A stretch of 64,000 nucleotides of DNA. It comes from Eledone cirrhosa (taxonomy: Eukaryota). The DNA is taken from positions 76,818,001 through 76,882,000 of the forward strand of contig OZ024740.1 of NCBI GenBank assembly GCA_964016885.1, in the 5' to 3' direction. Within the stretch, counting starts at the first letter, position 1. Each line of letters begins with the position of its first letter. The notes beneath the pieces are model-generated. The model was given only the letters and a program-made list of their open reading frames with translations. It did not search any database and was not told where the DNA came from. Position numbers and translations under genes: made by a program. This document shows positions 26,836 through 43,626 of the stretch, piece by piece.

Positions 26836-27640
26836 TTAATGATTTCTTTATTGGCCACAATGTCCGAAACATATAGGACAATACAAACAAAAACAATAAA
26901 AATGGAGACAGTAGGGATTTACAAAAAAATAAAACGTATAAAAAATAAAACATGACAATAAACAGAAAAATAATATATCAATCAAATTCGCCAATAAAGA
27001 CAAGCACTAGCCAGGGATAATTTAGGAACCCCACAGATCTTAAGCCACCCTAATCTCCAAGAACACCATAAGAAGGTGCCTTTCTCCTCTCGAAACGTTC
27101 CAGTCATCAGGCACATGTTAAGAATAGATCCATTCACTTGGGCCATCCTCGCTACATTCATCGCCCTTTTAACAAATGTACTGGAGGGCAGCACTACCTT
27201 CTCCACCCTCAGTTTCCTTTCCAAATGGAACTTGAAAAAATCAACGAGGGCTTTCAGTCCTTTCAGCCGCGCCCATCACAACCTCTTTCGCGACAGTCAC
27301 CAGACAAAGGAAAATAGCCTGCCCTTCTCGGCCAAAATAAGGCGGCTGGACGATCTTCGCGGTGGAGTCAGGCGATAGCTGGATCCGTCCTACACGCGTC
27401 GATAGCTGTTCGAAAAACCTCCATATGTCAGCAATAACCGGGACCAGGACGAGTGCGTGAAGAACAGTTTCGTCGCTCTGCGCGCATCTCGAACAGGTCC
27501 GTCAGTGCTTGTTGATTTTATTTCGAACCGGTAGTGGCATCTGGTAGCACTATCAGGCCAGAGATTTCTGGAAATTGTCCATAGTCCTTGGCTCGAAATT
27601 TCTCCTGACTGGTTATTTCAATTTCATCGACGCCCACCCA
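26836..27640 (-). mobile_element. Tx1 LINE copy D, decayed 3' fragment
   Basis: Homologous to the 3' ends of copies A-C (CAQSDET.LHALV, FKFHLERK). Confidence 0.85.
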
Positions 27641-28350
27641 GGTTAGTCTCTCGTCAGGGACAATCACTGAACCGTTACTTACATGAAAATAGGCTAGAGT
27701 GATGAACGTTTGCTAGAGATGTCCATTTGCATATAGCAAATAGAAAACATCGACGGGAAATGTCCATTGGCTGATTATAATTAATTGGCAGTAAAAATAA
27801 AACAGCGTTTAAGCATAATAAGAGTGTGTATGAAAGAATATACTATATGGTAGCCTCGCTAGTGAAGAAAAAATATTTTGGAATTCTTTTTTATACAAAA
27901 TTCTTTAAAAATATGCTGGCAATCCTCAGTTAAGCCAAGAATTTGCAATAGTCATTCAAAAAATTGCTCATGTGCGACAAACTAAACAAGTAAATACAGA
28001 ACCTAAAATATAATTTTACTTTTACTTTTTTTCATTTTTATTGCTACAGAAAGCATGTTTTGTTTTTTCAAAATATTGTACTAATTTAAATAATTACTCT
28101 AAATTAATTATTTTTGCAATGAATAACTCGTTAGAGTGTCTGTTGTATTGCTTGGGGGGTGTAAGTATACTTAATTTTTTAAAACTAAAAAAAAGCAATT
28201 TTGATGAAAAAAGAAATTTCAAGAAAAAAATGAACTTCTTGCAAAGTTATAGCCCCTATGCAAAATTTCAACTGCCTAGGTACAAAATTGTCACATTTGA
28301 ATACACCCCACCCCCCACACATATATATATATATATATATATATGTATAT

Positions 28351-28385
<35 letters not shown>

Positions 28386-28407
28386 GTATATATATATAAA
28401 ATTGTTA

Positions 28408-28456
28408 GTTTCAGAAGATCCCGTTAAGGGTGAAAGCAGCGATTCTTTGCTTAAAC
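28408..28456 (+). ncRNA. Type I hammerhead ribozyme variant (core CAGAAGA), family C
   Basis: GTTT-CAGAAGA-TCCC gttaa GGGT-GAAA-GCA gcgattctt TGC-TT/AAAC; all three stems pair. Confidence 0.6.
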
Positions 28457-28477
28457 ATTAATCTGTTATTTTAATAA

Positions 28478-28531
<54 letters not shown>

Positions 28532-28535
<4 letters not shown>

Positions 28536-29713
28536 TAAAACATGTCTATAGAATCACCAGATAAAATATATACCATTTCCTCTCCCAATTAGCATAATTA
28601 ACCATATAAAAAATCGAATAGACCAGGCTATAAGAATAAGGCTTCTATGAAGAAATCTCCAACAAATAACCGAAACCAGCCCTTCGAGGTAAATAAATGT
28701 ATTCTCTTTTCTCCTAGTTTATTTTACACCTAATTCTGTTTAATTGACTGTATATCTAGTCGATTACGCTGTCGAAATATTCGATAAATATTCCGTCGCC
28801 GCCGGCGCGAAGGGCTGGTTTCGGTTATTTTTGGAGATTTCTTCATAGAAGCCTTATTCTTATAGCCTGGTGTATTCGATTTTTTATATGGTTAATTATG
28901 CTAATTGGGAGAGGAAATGGTATATATTTTATCTGGTGATTCTATAGACATGTTTTATGATATATAGCTCTGATTATTTAATTTATTAACTTTTCATTGA
29001 GCCACAAAGTGACCCGCTGCAAAACACGTATATGTATATATGTATATATATATGTAAACCTTTATATGTAATAATCTCCCGTTAGGTTGAGATACAAATT
29101 TGGCTGTATTGTGCTGTGCTTTCTAGCAAAAAGCCACCAGCCGTAAGCAACTAACCACACTCCTTCCAACCTGACCGCTGCTACGTCACGATTCTTAGCC
29201 ATTTTTTTAATGTATTCTTGGCGCGATCACTTTGGAAAATTTATTGTCTAGATTTGAGCAAACTCCTGAAGAGTCCGGTGCTCAAGTTTCCGAAGTTATC
29301 GGAAATCTTAAAATGCGGACGAAACCATGGTTGAGGTAAATAAATGTATTCTCTTTTCTCCTAGTTTATTTTACACCTAATTCTATTTAATTGACTGTAT
29401 ATCTGGGCGATTACGCGGTCGAAATATTCGATAAATATTCCATCGCCGCCGGCGCGAAGGGCTGGTTTCAGTTATTTGTTGGAGATTTCTTCATAGAAGC
29501 CTTATTCTTATAGCCTGGTCTATTCGATTTTTTATATGGTTAATTATGCTAATTGGGAGAGGAAATGGTATATATTTTATCTGGTGATTCTATAGACATG
29601 TTTTATGATATATTGCTCTGATTATTTAATTTATTAACTTTTCATTGAGCCACAAAGTGACCCGTTGCAAAACACGTATATGTATATATGTATATATATA
29701 TATATATGTAAAC

Positions 29714-29720
<7 letters not shown>
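28532..29720 (+). mobile_element. Non-coding Penelope-type/retrozyme-like element D (inverted arm plus partial tandem)
   Basis: Inverted arms 28532-28686/28808-28962; direct repeat 28686-29068 = 29333-29720; TA on both sides. Confidence 0.85.
29263..29335 (+). ncRNA. Type I hammerhead ribozyme, canonical core
   Basis: CTC-CTGAAGA-GTCCG...CGGAC-GAAA-CCATGG-TT/GAG; palindromic AACCATGGTT stem III. Confidence 0.85.
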
Positions 29721-32000
<2,280 letters not shown>

Positions 32001-32423
32001 AGGACAACAAACTCAAGATGGATGTTATGCGTTAGGCAAATTCCGACTAAGTCCGTAACCTGGATAACCTGAGTCGTTGGAACTCATGCTTCTGTCAAAG
32101 TTATTATGCCTTTCCTTACGTGTCCAGTATTCGGTATCAAACATTATTACTGACATTACCAGCTACAAAACCTTTCTTAATTGAGGAAATATATTCTAAT
32201 TAGTTTGTTAATGTTGCTAATATTGTTGTTGATATTATTGTTGATGATGGTGGTGCTGATGTTCATGTCGTTGGTGGTGGTGGTGGTGTTAGTGTTGATG
32301 ATATTAGTGCTGGCGTTACAGTGTGTTGCATTGATGCCTCAAACTGGAATTCATTAAATCAAAATCCACACACACTGACTCAATTGAAGGAAGCCATAGA
32401 AATATTATATATATATATATATG

Positions 32424-32498
<75 letters not shown>

Positions 32499-32967
32499 AT
32501 GTATGTATATGTATGTATACATACATACATACATACATACATACATACATACATACATACATACATACATACATACATACATACATACATACATGTGTGT
32601 CTTTATGTCTATGTGTGTGTATGTGTCTCTGTGTATGTGTGTGTGTGTGCTAAATACTTTTCCATAATAATTTGCAAACAGAAATTTCAGATGGAATATC
32701 TTAATGAAGTTCCTTTTCTGAAAATTTCCCAAGGGAATTAAATTGATTATTACTGCGAAATTATGTTTATATAAGTATAAAAATCGGTGTAGGTGTATAC
32801 ATATATACATATATTGGGTGAGGCGGGGGACTATGTGTGTGTGTGCGCGTTCATTTCTATGGTTAGACAGTTCTTTTATAATATAGGTGTGTGATTGTAA
32901 GGCTTGTTACGTATCCTGTATATGTAGCCAATTGTATTGGGTATGTATATACATACGTACATACATA

Positions 32968-33049
<82 letters not shown>

Positions 33050-33859
33050 CTTACATACATGTATATATATGAAATATATATATGTATTTATATATATATA
33101 TATATATATCGAAAATATTCTTACATATGTATATATACATATACACATAGATATACATACACAAATGCATACATACATACATGCATACATAAAAATATAC
33201 ATACATGCACACATACATACATACAAATGTGTCGGCATGTGTGTATGTATGTATATGTATATGTGTGTATATTAGTATCTAGGGTGGGAATGTATATTTA
33301 ATGAATTATGCTCATTAGGCAGTTCATTAAATTGCCTTTTATCACTCTTACTATACCATTATGTAGCAGGCTATCAAATTTCCTGGCACAAGGTTGGTGT
33401 TTGAAATTTCAATGATAATGTTTCACAAGGAAATAAATATAGAGCCTAGTGGGCTTATATATATTTTGAATATGTATAAATATGTCCATGGTGTAGAATT
33501 TCTTGCGATTGAACCTATGTCCTCGAGAATGATTGTTGGGAGAAAATTACACTATTTCTTGTAAAATATCATTTAATAGGGCTTCTATCGAGCCCAAAGT
33601 GCAGACATGACTGAGTGGTTAAGACGTGCGTTTCATCATTGTTAGGCCCTCTGTTCGATTCCACTACATAGCTTGTTGGGAAAGTGTCTATACAGTAGCC
33701 TGTAGTAAATCACAAATAAAATAAAGAGGAAACGATACGAACTTACAATAACATATATGAAAATGCAGTATATTCTCTAGGCAAAACGTCTGAACTATTA
33801 GCGGGGCATGGCTGAAAGAAGAGTTCGGACTTTTTAATGTTAATTGACAGACCGAAATA

Positions 33860-36130
33860 TCTAGCAGCTGCAGCAAATGAATTCCAAGAGAATGGACAAA
33901 CTATGCAAAGTCATCTGCAACTATAAAAGCTCTAGTTTGAATGGATATTCTTGTTTAATCTTAAACCGTTACTGATTGTAAATTCCTTCAGTGGTACGAC
34001 GTTCAAGTGGAACATCTACTGTAATATCAGTAAAGGTATAATCTGTTATGACTGCAAAAAATAATGCAAGTAACATCGGTGTCAGCACATATCTTTGATT
34101 TATATCATTTGTCAATTCAAATAGCTGTGATTGATCCACATTTGAGATGACAAAGGCTTTCATATCTCTGTGTAATGCTATAATCAAACTCACCCTTTTG
34201 TCGGGTACTGCGAGCTTTACCAAGAACTTCCATAATGCCTCATGAGATACTGTGTCAAAGGCTTTTGTGATATCTTTTTCATGTTCGAGGGTATTTTCCT
34301 GCTAAATATCAGGTCTACTATTCTTCGACCAGCCCTGTGAGCATAGGGTTTCAGGATACACAGTGTATACTATGTCAGCACTGATTCTATTTAAAACCAG
34401 CCATGAGAGACTTTTTCCAGAGGTTAAAAGGAGTACAATGCCACAATGGTTATCGCATTCACTGCCCTTTTGTTCATATAAATTAACTATTGATTTTGTT
34501 ATTCTCTCTGATTTCTTCGATTATGTACTGGATGTTCGTGTTAAAAGAGGGGCTGAGCTGTCAAATAATCACAATCGAGTTACCTGCAGCCGGATACGAC
34601 CTAAAGCCAAGAAAGCTCACAAAACGTGGAAGTCAAACTCGACCTACAGGATAAAGCGGAAAGCGCTGGAAGGTAAGAAAATCAGAACCAGGTATGCGGA
34701 TATTATTGCATCCAAATTCATAGAACTCCCTGAGCAAATTGAGTGGAGACTGTTCACATTGGCAGTTTCTACTTTAGCTGTTAAATGCAGCGAGCAAAAG
34801 AGGCTTAGTATGGCGCCGGGTAGCAGGAGTATCCCTTGGTTCAATCAAGTGGTCGAAGATGCCATCCGGTGTACAAATAAGTTCTCATTCCTGTGTCTGC
34901 GATAAAGGCAGACGCGAGCACAGCACATCTTTAAAATATTCTGTCCAACGTTTTAATATATATCATGTCCAACTGTAAGCAAATTTTCCTCGGCAGAATA
35001 ACTATCTTTACTAGGCCTTAATACTCACCTTCAATTATGATTGAGGGATTTTATGTTAAATTTATCCGCAACCTCTTAAAGAGGTCTTGCGACCATCGTT
35101 GCATTATTGTTCACAACTAAGCTACTTTATACTTTTTTTAATTTTTAACAGCAATTTTCATCAGCAATCATTTCCTTTTATAGTATGTGCATTTCTTGGA
35201 ACTCTATATTAATAGATTCAACATTTTCATCGTACCTCATCTTGAGATTTTCCATGAGCAAAGCTAACAACCTCTTTAGATGACTCATAGATGGCATCTT
35301 TTAAACGACTCCATGATTCCACTACATTTGCCGTGATATTAATAGCCTGTAGTTTTTCATCTATTTCCCTTTGAACTTTGACACATCGAAGTTCTTTTGA
35401 ATTTGTTTACAATTATGTTTTATGAAAGTCTTAATATTAATATTACTGCGCATTAAAGCATAATCAGACCTATATTCCGTTGTCTGAAACGTTATTGTAG
35501 TATTTACAATAGTCTTGTCGCAGCTGTGCACAACGATATAGTCCATCATGTGACCATATTTTAACCTAGGATGCCTCCAAGTTGTTTCGTGTCTGTTTGG
35601 TTGTTGAAAGAAAGTGTTGGTTAAACATAATCAAAACACATGCACAGGAAAAGAAGCATGAACCCATTTTAGTTTATTTTACCAATATTCTGTCTGCCAA
35701 GTCTGTAAGGCCAGGTAAAATTATCAGAGCCTACATTAGAACAATTTTGTCATCGCATGGATCGCTGCTTAAGAATACTCGTAGATCAAAATAAAAATTA
35801 TTTCTTGGTAGGTCCGTAAAATTCAAAACTGAATCACTGGAACATATGCCTGTATAAGTGTAATGTAGCTATTAAAGTTAATTGAGATTTAAAGTTACAT
35901 AAGGCGATCACTTTCTCAAATCGGCAGAGAGACAAGTTTGTTTACTTATGCTTTCTTGATTCGCAAACCCCTCGCCCGATTCCCTTTTCTCTGTCTAAGG
36001 TTTTCCAACACAGAAAAAAGGTACAGTCACCACTTAGTTACTTCGGCTGCCCACATGCTGGAAACCTGTCTTTGAGAGAGCAGCAATATGAATACGCTTT
36101 TGTCTTAAAACACGAGAAACGTGTGATGTT
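33860..36130 (-). mobile_element. Decayed RTE (BovB-like) LINE
   Basis: TWRHPR..GHMMDYIVV, DITKAFDTVSHEALW, IIALHRDMKA, ADDFA motifs with many stops. Confidence 0.75.
34470..34880 (+). mobile_element. RTE (Expander/Rex3-like) endonuclease-linker fragment in opposite orientation
   Basis: IDFVILSD..YVLDVRVKRGAELSNNH..V..RIR ... PWFNQVVEDAIR. Confidence 0.7.
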
Positions 36131-37427
36131 TTTCGTTCTGGATATTTCTCAGGATCTCGGAGTGTACACATTCCAAGATGCTACAAAAATGTTTCTTTCA
36201 TTTTGTCAGCTGCTTGTATTTATGCAACTTTGTGTATGAATGTATGTCTAATGTATACTATATGTGTAATCGTATGTCTTTATACGTACCTTTATGTATA
36301 CGCATTTCTGTGTGTATGTTTGTATTTCCGTCTGACTCTTTTCGTGTCTTTGTCCATATGGATATCAGTAAATATTGAAACCGATATTCACACACCAGAC
36401 ACATATACACACACCATACATACGTACATATATGCATGCATACGTACATGCATACATACATGTATACACACATACACATACACACACACACACAGATATA
36501 TATATATCATGGATTTATTATATACATATATTCCTTTACCTTTATTACATTTAATATAAATACGTGTATAAACACACACACATACACACACATATATATA
36601 TACATATACAGATAGAGAGAGAGGGGGAGAGAGAGAATATTTATATTCCGTATTAATTGAAATATACATGCGTTTGTAACTATATGTATGTATATGATAT
36701 ATATATTTTCGTGTGATTGGATGCATATAAGTGTATATATATATATATATCGTAGGAAGGGGCTGGACGTATGAAGCAAATTGTATTAATCTAAAGTGTT
36801 TCCTGCTTAAAATCCTGCGTGCTGGTATTGCCCTCCAGGTGTTAAGCTTTGGGGAATATTATTTAAATTGCCATCCCTTTCAACTCTGCTAGCTTCGTTA
36901 CTATCCTTACTCCAATTTGACTATGCAGGTATGAGTGGAAAATGAAATGTTTCAAATGATCACGATTATTTACCGATTCTGCGAACATTGCCCTTTGTTT
37001 GAAACAGATGTTTCCATGCACATAATCATAAATACTTAACTCATTTATATTCAAACCAAACAGAAAGATACTATATGGTTGCTTCTGCAGAGTCTTAACT
37101 TGTTGGCAATAATATCATTATTGCCTCTTAGTGTCGTTTAAAAGTTTTGAGTGGACATTAAACAATATAATCGTAGATGAACAAAATGACAGAGAAGTCA
37201 TGATAAATCTAGATGAACTTTGATGACCAGTCACAACATCAACATGTTCATTATGTAGTCATTCAACTTCTAGAAATAGCAGGATTTCTCTTTCAAATCA
37301 TAACTAGTCTTCATAATATATATATTAATTCAAAATATTAACAAAAATAGACATTCGTGTAAAACTTTATTCTTTGATTTATTGATTTAACCTTGTTTAA
37401 CCTTTAAATATATATATTATATATATA

Positions 37428-38420
37428 CTAGCAGCAGTTACCTACCCAGCGTTGCCTGGGTAGGTAAAATAATATCTGCTTTGATGAAAAGGTGTTGATC
37501 TTAACGACTGCTTCTCGATGACTCATCTATGGCCATACACAGGCCATGCGGGGGAGAGTAGTGATGACCTCTATCACTGAGAAACGCGGGTGACTGACGA
37601 AGAGGCATGCTGGGGGAGGGAGATAATGACCTCTAACACTAAGCCAAATTTCCTCACGCTACTTGATTGGAAAGCGATGAATTCTCAAATACACAACTAA
37701 AAGCTCAGACGACATCAGTGGCCATCGTTTTGCCTTTGACCATCTATAAGATGTACAATGATAGGTTCTATCGTAGTATAAACGTTGAACCAAATAAATT
37801 GATTTATGTGTGAGGTGGAGCCGAAGTTTCGAATTTGAACAAAATTGGTTGAAAAATGTGGGAGCTAGAGCCGAACAGGTGGTATTTTCAAATATTTAAG
37901 CGGCTGCCACGCCGTTCCTGAACATAAAGATCCAAAATGTAAAGCCACTTTAAGACATAAAATAATCAGATCTAGCGTAGTGTAACATTTGAACAAAGTA
38001 GGTCGATTAATGTGGGAGCTAGAGCCGAAAAAGTGGAAATTTGAGTCTAAAAGTGATATTTTTGAATATTTAAGCGACTGCCACGCCGTCCCTGAACAAC
38101 AAATGCAAAATATAAAGCCATTACAGGATATGCAATGATAAATTCTATTTTGCTTTAAAATTTGGACGAAATCAGTGGCAAAATGTGGGAGCTAGAGCCC
38201 AACATCTTATTTTTCGATACCTAAAAAAAGGTGACCTTCCTATCGATTTTTATCTGCAGAATGATCCCGGAATAAAAAACGATACGCTGATATATAAAAA
38301 AACACTCCCCGATGACTAATCTATGAGCCTGTAAAGTTTCATGAAAATCGGTCGTAAGATGTAGACCCCTATAGGTAATACACAGACACACACACATACT
38401 TAATTTTATATATATACAGA
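37428..38420 (-). mobile_element. Non-autonomous Helitron-like element with three internal tandem units
   Basis: Minus strand: 5' TC...TATATATAAAA..GTGTGTGTCTGT; 3' hairpin ACCTACCCAG/CTGGGTAGGT then CTAG; A/T insertion context; AATGTGGGAGCTAGAGCC three times. Confidence 0.75.
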
Positions 38421-38529
38421 TATATATTAACTATGCATGGAAAACACTTTGTTGGGAAGGTCAGGGTTAATGGATTTGTATGGGAAATAAACACAAAATA
38501 AGTTGTGCGGGTCAACTTGTAGTGACATT

Positions 38530-39190
38530 AGGGGGTAATACAGTCCCCACATCCTTTTATGTTTTTCAGGGTTTTCGAGAGCAATTTCGGTATGGGCAAA
38601 CAGTCGATTAAATTGACTCGAGCACACTGCTGGTACTTTATTTTATCGACCCCGGAAGGATGAAAAACAAAGTTCAACTCGGTGGGATTTGAACTCGGAA
38701 CATAAAAAGCCGGATCAAATACCACATGATATTTTATTCGGTACTCTAACGATATTGTCAAATCGCTATCTAATTAGATAATAAATGTTTCTATTTTTGG
38801 CACAAGGCCAGCAAATTTTAAGGGAAGGGTAAAGTCGATTAAATCGACCCCTGTGCGTTAGTCTCACTTTATTTTATCGATCCCGGAAAGAGGAGAGGCC
38901 GGATTTAATCTCAACACATAAAGAGCCGGTACAAACATCGAGCTATTTTGTCTGACTCTCTAACCAATCTTCCAAATCACCATCTAATTAGACACTATAT
39001 AATTGTTTCTACTTTTGGCACAAGCCTAGCAAATACCCAGTACATTACTGGTACTTTATTTTATCGACCCCGTAAGGATGAAAGGCAAAGTTAACCTGGG
39101 CGGGATTTGAACTCAGTCTGTAAAGAGACGTAACTGTATGATGGAAAGCATGGCGTCTGACCCTCTACCGATACTGCCAACCCACCGCCC
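38530..39190 (-). mobile_element. Three tandem Deu/Nin SINE copies
   Basis: Core ACTTTATTTTATCGA..CC.AAGGATGAAA repeated three times. Confidence 0.88.
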
Positions 39191-40531
39191 TATAATATGT
39201 AGTCAGCAAATTCTACCTATAAATGGAGTATTGAATGTTGCTATTAATTCAATTCCAGTAAGACGAATGCCAGTATTCAATCCCAATTGCACGACACTAT
39301 GAGAAAGTTGGTATCGGGTTTCTTGGTGTGAGTAGAATTTGTGTCTGTGTTTATGCTTGTAACATTAGAGTTCAACAAAAGTGTTTGATAAAATAATTAC
39401 CAGACTTAAAAAAAATAAATATTGGGATCGATATGATCGATTTTAAGGCGTTGTTCTCTCATGTCCGCAGTCTAATTACCGAAACCAGTAAATCAATAAA
39501 ATAATAATCGTTAGAACATCGAAGAAATTATAAATGTCAACTTTGCCTTTCAGAGCCGATAAAATATAATACCAGTCAAGTACTAGGCTCTACTCAATTG
39601 GTTAACTACGTTAATCATATCTCTGGCTTGATATCTTTCTGAGAAATGATTGTGGTAATTTTTTTTTTGTAAGTCAAAGTTGATCTTTATTAGCAAGCAT
39701 GTCTGTTTGGTTAAGATGTTCACTATGCAAGAACTAACGTCGATTTATATTCTTATGACGCATCGTAGATGTGAATGAAGTTACAGGAGAAGGCAAGGTT
39801 TGAACTGAGAACATAAAGAAGCGTAGTTAAATACTACAACCATTTTGCCTGGCAAAATCAGAACATGTAGGAACATTGATAAATTATTCAGCCATCTTGT
39901 CTGAAAAATTACTAATCCACCGATGACAAATGTTATATTTAAGATAATATATTTCATTTTTTTCCCGTTAATTGTTCAATTAATATAGTTATCAGTGTGT
40001 TCTTGCTGATGCTATTGTTCTTAATGACATTGATGTTTTTGTTTGTCTTAATGTTGCTGACCTCCATGTCAGATTTGGCTATTATTAGCTACAGTAGTTA
40101 GTATTAATCCTTCTATCATTATCTCAAATTAACCCCGATAAAACTAGATCAATGACCAAAGAAGTTACAGCCTAGACCATCATATCTTTTTAGTCATACC
40201 TTATCTCAGAATACACTATGCAATATGTTTTTCTATTTCTAATTATAGGGTGTGGTTTGAGAAAACATTACCGCGGTATCTTTTAGATTGAGTTATCACA
40301 TAAAGGGTTGGTATAGTTTAATATTGCTGTAAAGTCAAGAATCTTTTCTATATTGCATCTGCTTGTCACCCACTCCGTGGAATGTTGCTGGTCTCTGTCC
40401 TTTGAGGCATTTTTCTCCATCGCTGTTAGTGGCAGCTTTTGGGTGTTTTGACAGCTGTACTAGCGATGAGTTTCCTCATTTGTCTATGAAGTAAAATATA
40501 CTCTCGCTTCGTCTTGATCAGAGACAACAAT

Positions 40532-40571
<40 letters not shown>

Positions 40572-41281
40572 CTTCTTGCACACACAAACACCACACACAA
40601 TGTCCGAAACCTAAGATACCATTCTGTTAACCATTCCGTCTCATCTGATTTTTACTTTCTCATAACTTTATATCTTTGAAGTAAACTTATTCGTTTTTAT
40701 ACGATACTTCTTTAAACTTACTTTTTCTGATTATTTTACCCTTCTTTGAAATAAACAATTTTTTATTAATCCAATCGAATATTTCCTGTGCTATATGTGT
40801 TTTCGTTTGGTATTTCCGAAATAGAAACTTTGAGCAATTTCCGGTGCTGCCATCTATTGTAATAACTTCAAACGCCGCAGGGATATTTTTCACTCTGTCA
40901 CCAAAATATTAAATCACATATAAAGCAAAAACCCAAACCAAAACCAGAAATATGGCATCCGCTTGTTAAGCAAACATACAATCTACTTCCAACCAACTCT
41001 GATGACAATTCTCCTTCAACTACTGAGATGCGATCTCTATACAAGTCTCTTCAGACTAACGTAATTTTCTTATGAGGTAGAACTCGAAATCAGAGGAAAC
41101 TGGTGATGATCTTCGTCAGCAACAGTTTGTCAGCACGAGAGTTGATGGTAGAGCTTGGTCTGTTCTATTAACGTGAGGCGTATAGAATATAAAGTTTCGG
41201 TTCTTTGCTCTTCGCATTATTTATCTTTTGAAGAGAAAAATACTCTAAATTTGCAGACTCATTGAGAGTGAGGACAAAGAA

Positions 41282-41352
<71 letters not shown>

Positions 41353-43270
41353 TTGTTAAATCTTTATCTCCACTACCTAGTCCTTGGATACCTATTGTTG
41401 AATTCGCTCTGTTGCACACATTCGGGTTACATCTTCGATAATAGAATAACTTCTACACCTCCTCCCATCTGTTACAGTGGCCCTGTAAAATAAAGTAGCC
41501 TAGATGCTGCCACTCCCTAATCTGATTCAGCCTTTAAAAAGCACCGGATGAGAATTACTAAGATACTGTTACAGGTAGAGCAGACCTATGATCAAAGACG
41601 TTCCACCCGTGACCACGCTGTCTTTTTATGATTTCATAATGTATTTAGGACCCACATTATCCATTGTGTTCTTGTTCTTGTTTAATCCTCGGTCAGTTGT
41701 GAACAAATCATATCTGTGTTGTTCAGATCAAGTACATTTATCTATTCTAATCAAGCATATCTGATCTGTATATCTACGATCAAGTATATCTACGATCAGA
41801 GGCATTTCAGTCATGAAAATCAAATCCTTTTGTTTTTCGGGTATATTTTATCCTGAACCCCATTAACCAGCATTTCTTTTTTTCCAGATTGAATGTGATT
41901 TAAGGAACATTGTACTGTTATTTCACTTAGGTCTTTGATTGGCTTCATTATTATTGACATTGTAGCTGTCGTTGTTGTTGTTGTTCAGCTCCAAGTCAAC
42001 CCTAATCAAGCAGACGCGTCATCAAAGGTGTCTCCTACCAAGTTTTATCCACAATCCTTTGTTCAACCCTGTCTACATTGAAACAGAAAACTGTTAACGG
42101 AAACGTAATTTATTTATCGAACAAGCTGCTAAGATGTTATGTGAGCAAATTGGTATATCAATGTTACTGAAGCACTTAGTAGTAGTGGGTCTCTAAGCAG
42201 TGGTACTGTGATCAGATAATGAGACTGATTACAATGGAATCTTTGATAACAAAATTTGTAATAACGAACCGGTTTCAATGAATATGGTATCTAATATGTC
42301 AACGCAAATCTTCCATTTAAATATAACAAATGAAAATCAACGGCACATAACAACTGTTATGTGTGCGTGTGTGTGTGCATGTGTATGCGTGCGTGTGTAT
42401 GTGTGTATATGTGTGTGTATGTGCATGTATGTGTGCATCTGTGTGTGTATGTGTGTGTGTGTGTGTGTGTTTGTGAGTATGTGTTGGTATGTCTTCGAAT
42501 TTGTTTCTTTATAACTTTCTTGAGCGTGCATAACATTTTAATGATATTTTGCAAAGATACGTTTCCTGTGGTGTACATTTTGATTATGTTGATGAAATAC
42601 AAAAAACAAAAAAAAAGCAAAACAAAAACAAAACAAAAGAGCAAATCACAAAAACTTCATTAAATTGTTTAAATGTTTCCATATTGTCTAGTTTCTGTTA
42701 ATGCTTTTTGATTTGTGTTTGTAGTAGGCTAAACGTAAATTTGGAATTCTTTTTTCATCGAGCCTTTCAACTTCATGTTGATAGTATACAATTTTATGTT
42801 GACCATCAGAGGTAATGTTTATCAGCACGTAATATAATGACATTTATACAAATCCGAATTGCGAAAAATGAATAAAATAAAATAAACACAAACAACAATT
42901 TGAATAGTTTATTTCGTTTGAATTTTATCAACGTAATCTAAAACCTCAAAAAACGCATGATTAAAAAATGTATTTATTTATTTTTAATTAATCAAAATAA
43001 TTAATTTCATTAATTTTATTTATATAAATATTTCGTATAATTAAAAGGAAGAGAGAAAAATAATGAAAAAAAGGTAGGGGAAGGGAAGAGGGTAGATTCT
43101 ATACCCCAGTCAAGGCCGTATATCTCATCTGCGAAAGCATTTCTGCGGAGAACAGCCAGCGAAGCACACTGCATCAGCCCCTCCACTTCACGGGTCTTCT
43201 TCCTTGAGGGAGATGCACTCTTCTCAATTTTTTTAGGTAAACGACAAGCCGAAGACCGAAGACATTGAAC

Positions 43271-43377
<107 letters not shown>

Positions 43378-43626
43378 CCGTAAATTAGAAGCTCGGCAAA
43401 AAGAGACCAAACTTGAAAAAACAAGTACTGGATCGATATGATCGTCTAAATGCCTTCCAGGCAGTATTCCAGTGTGACTGCGTCTAAAATTGTAAACCTG
43501 TAAAAGAACAAAAAATGAAAGTATATGTATGTATGTATATTTAAATGTGTGTAGGTGCGTGCGTATACGCAAGCATGTTCGTGTGTGCGTGTGCGTGTGT
43601 TGAAGGATGATTCCTTATGGCGTCTA

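Noticed and set aside
37850-38205. CRISPR-like repeat-spacer pattern (AATGTGGGAGCTAGAGCC three times)
   Set aside because: Spacers are homologous to each other; these are tandem units inside a Helitron-like element in eukaryotic DNA, with no cas genes.
40330-40900. Possible host exons on the minus strand
   Set aside because: Frames after the candidate acceptor close quickly; no recognisable domain.
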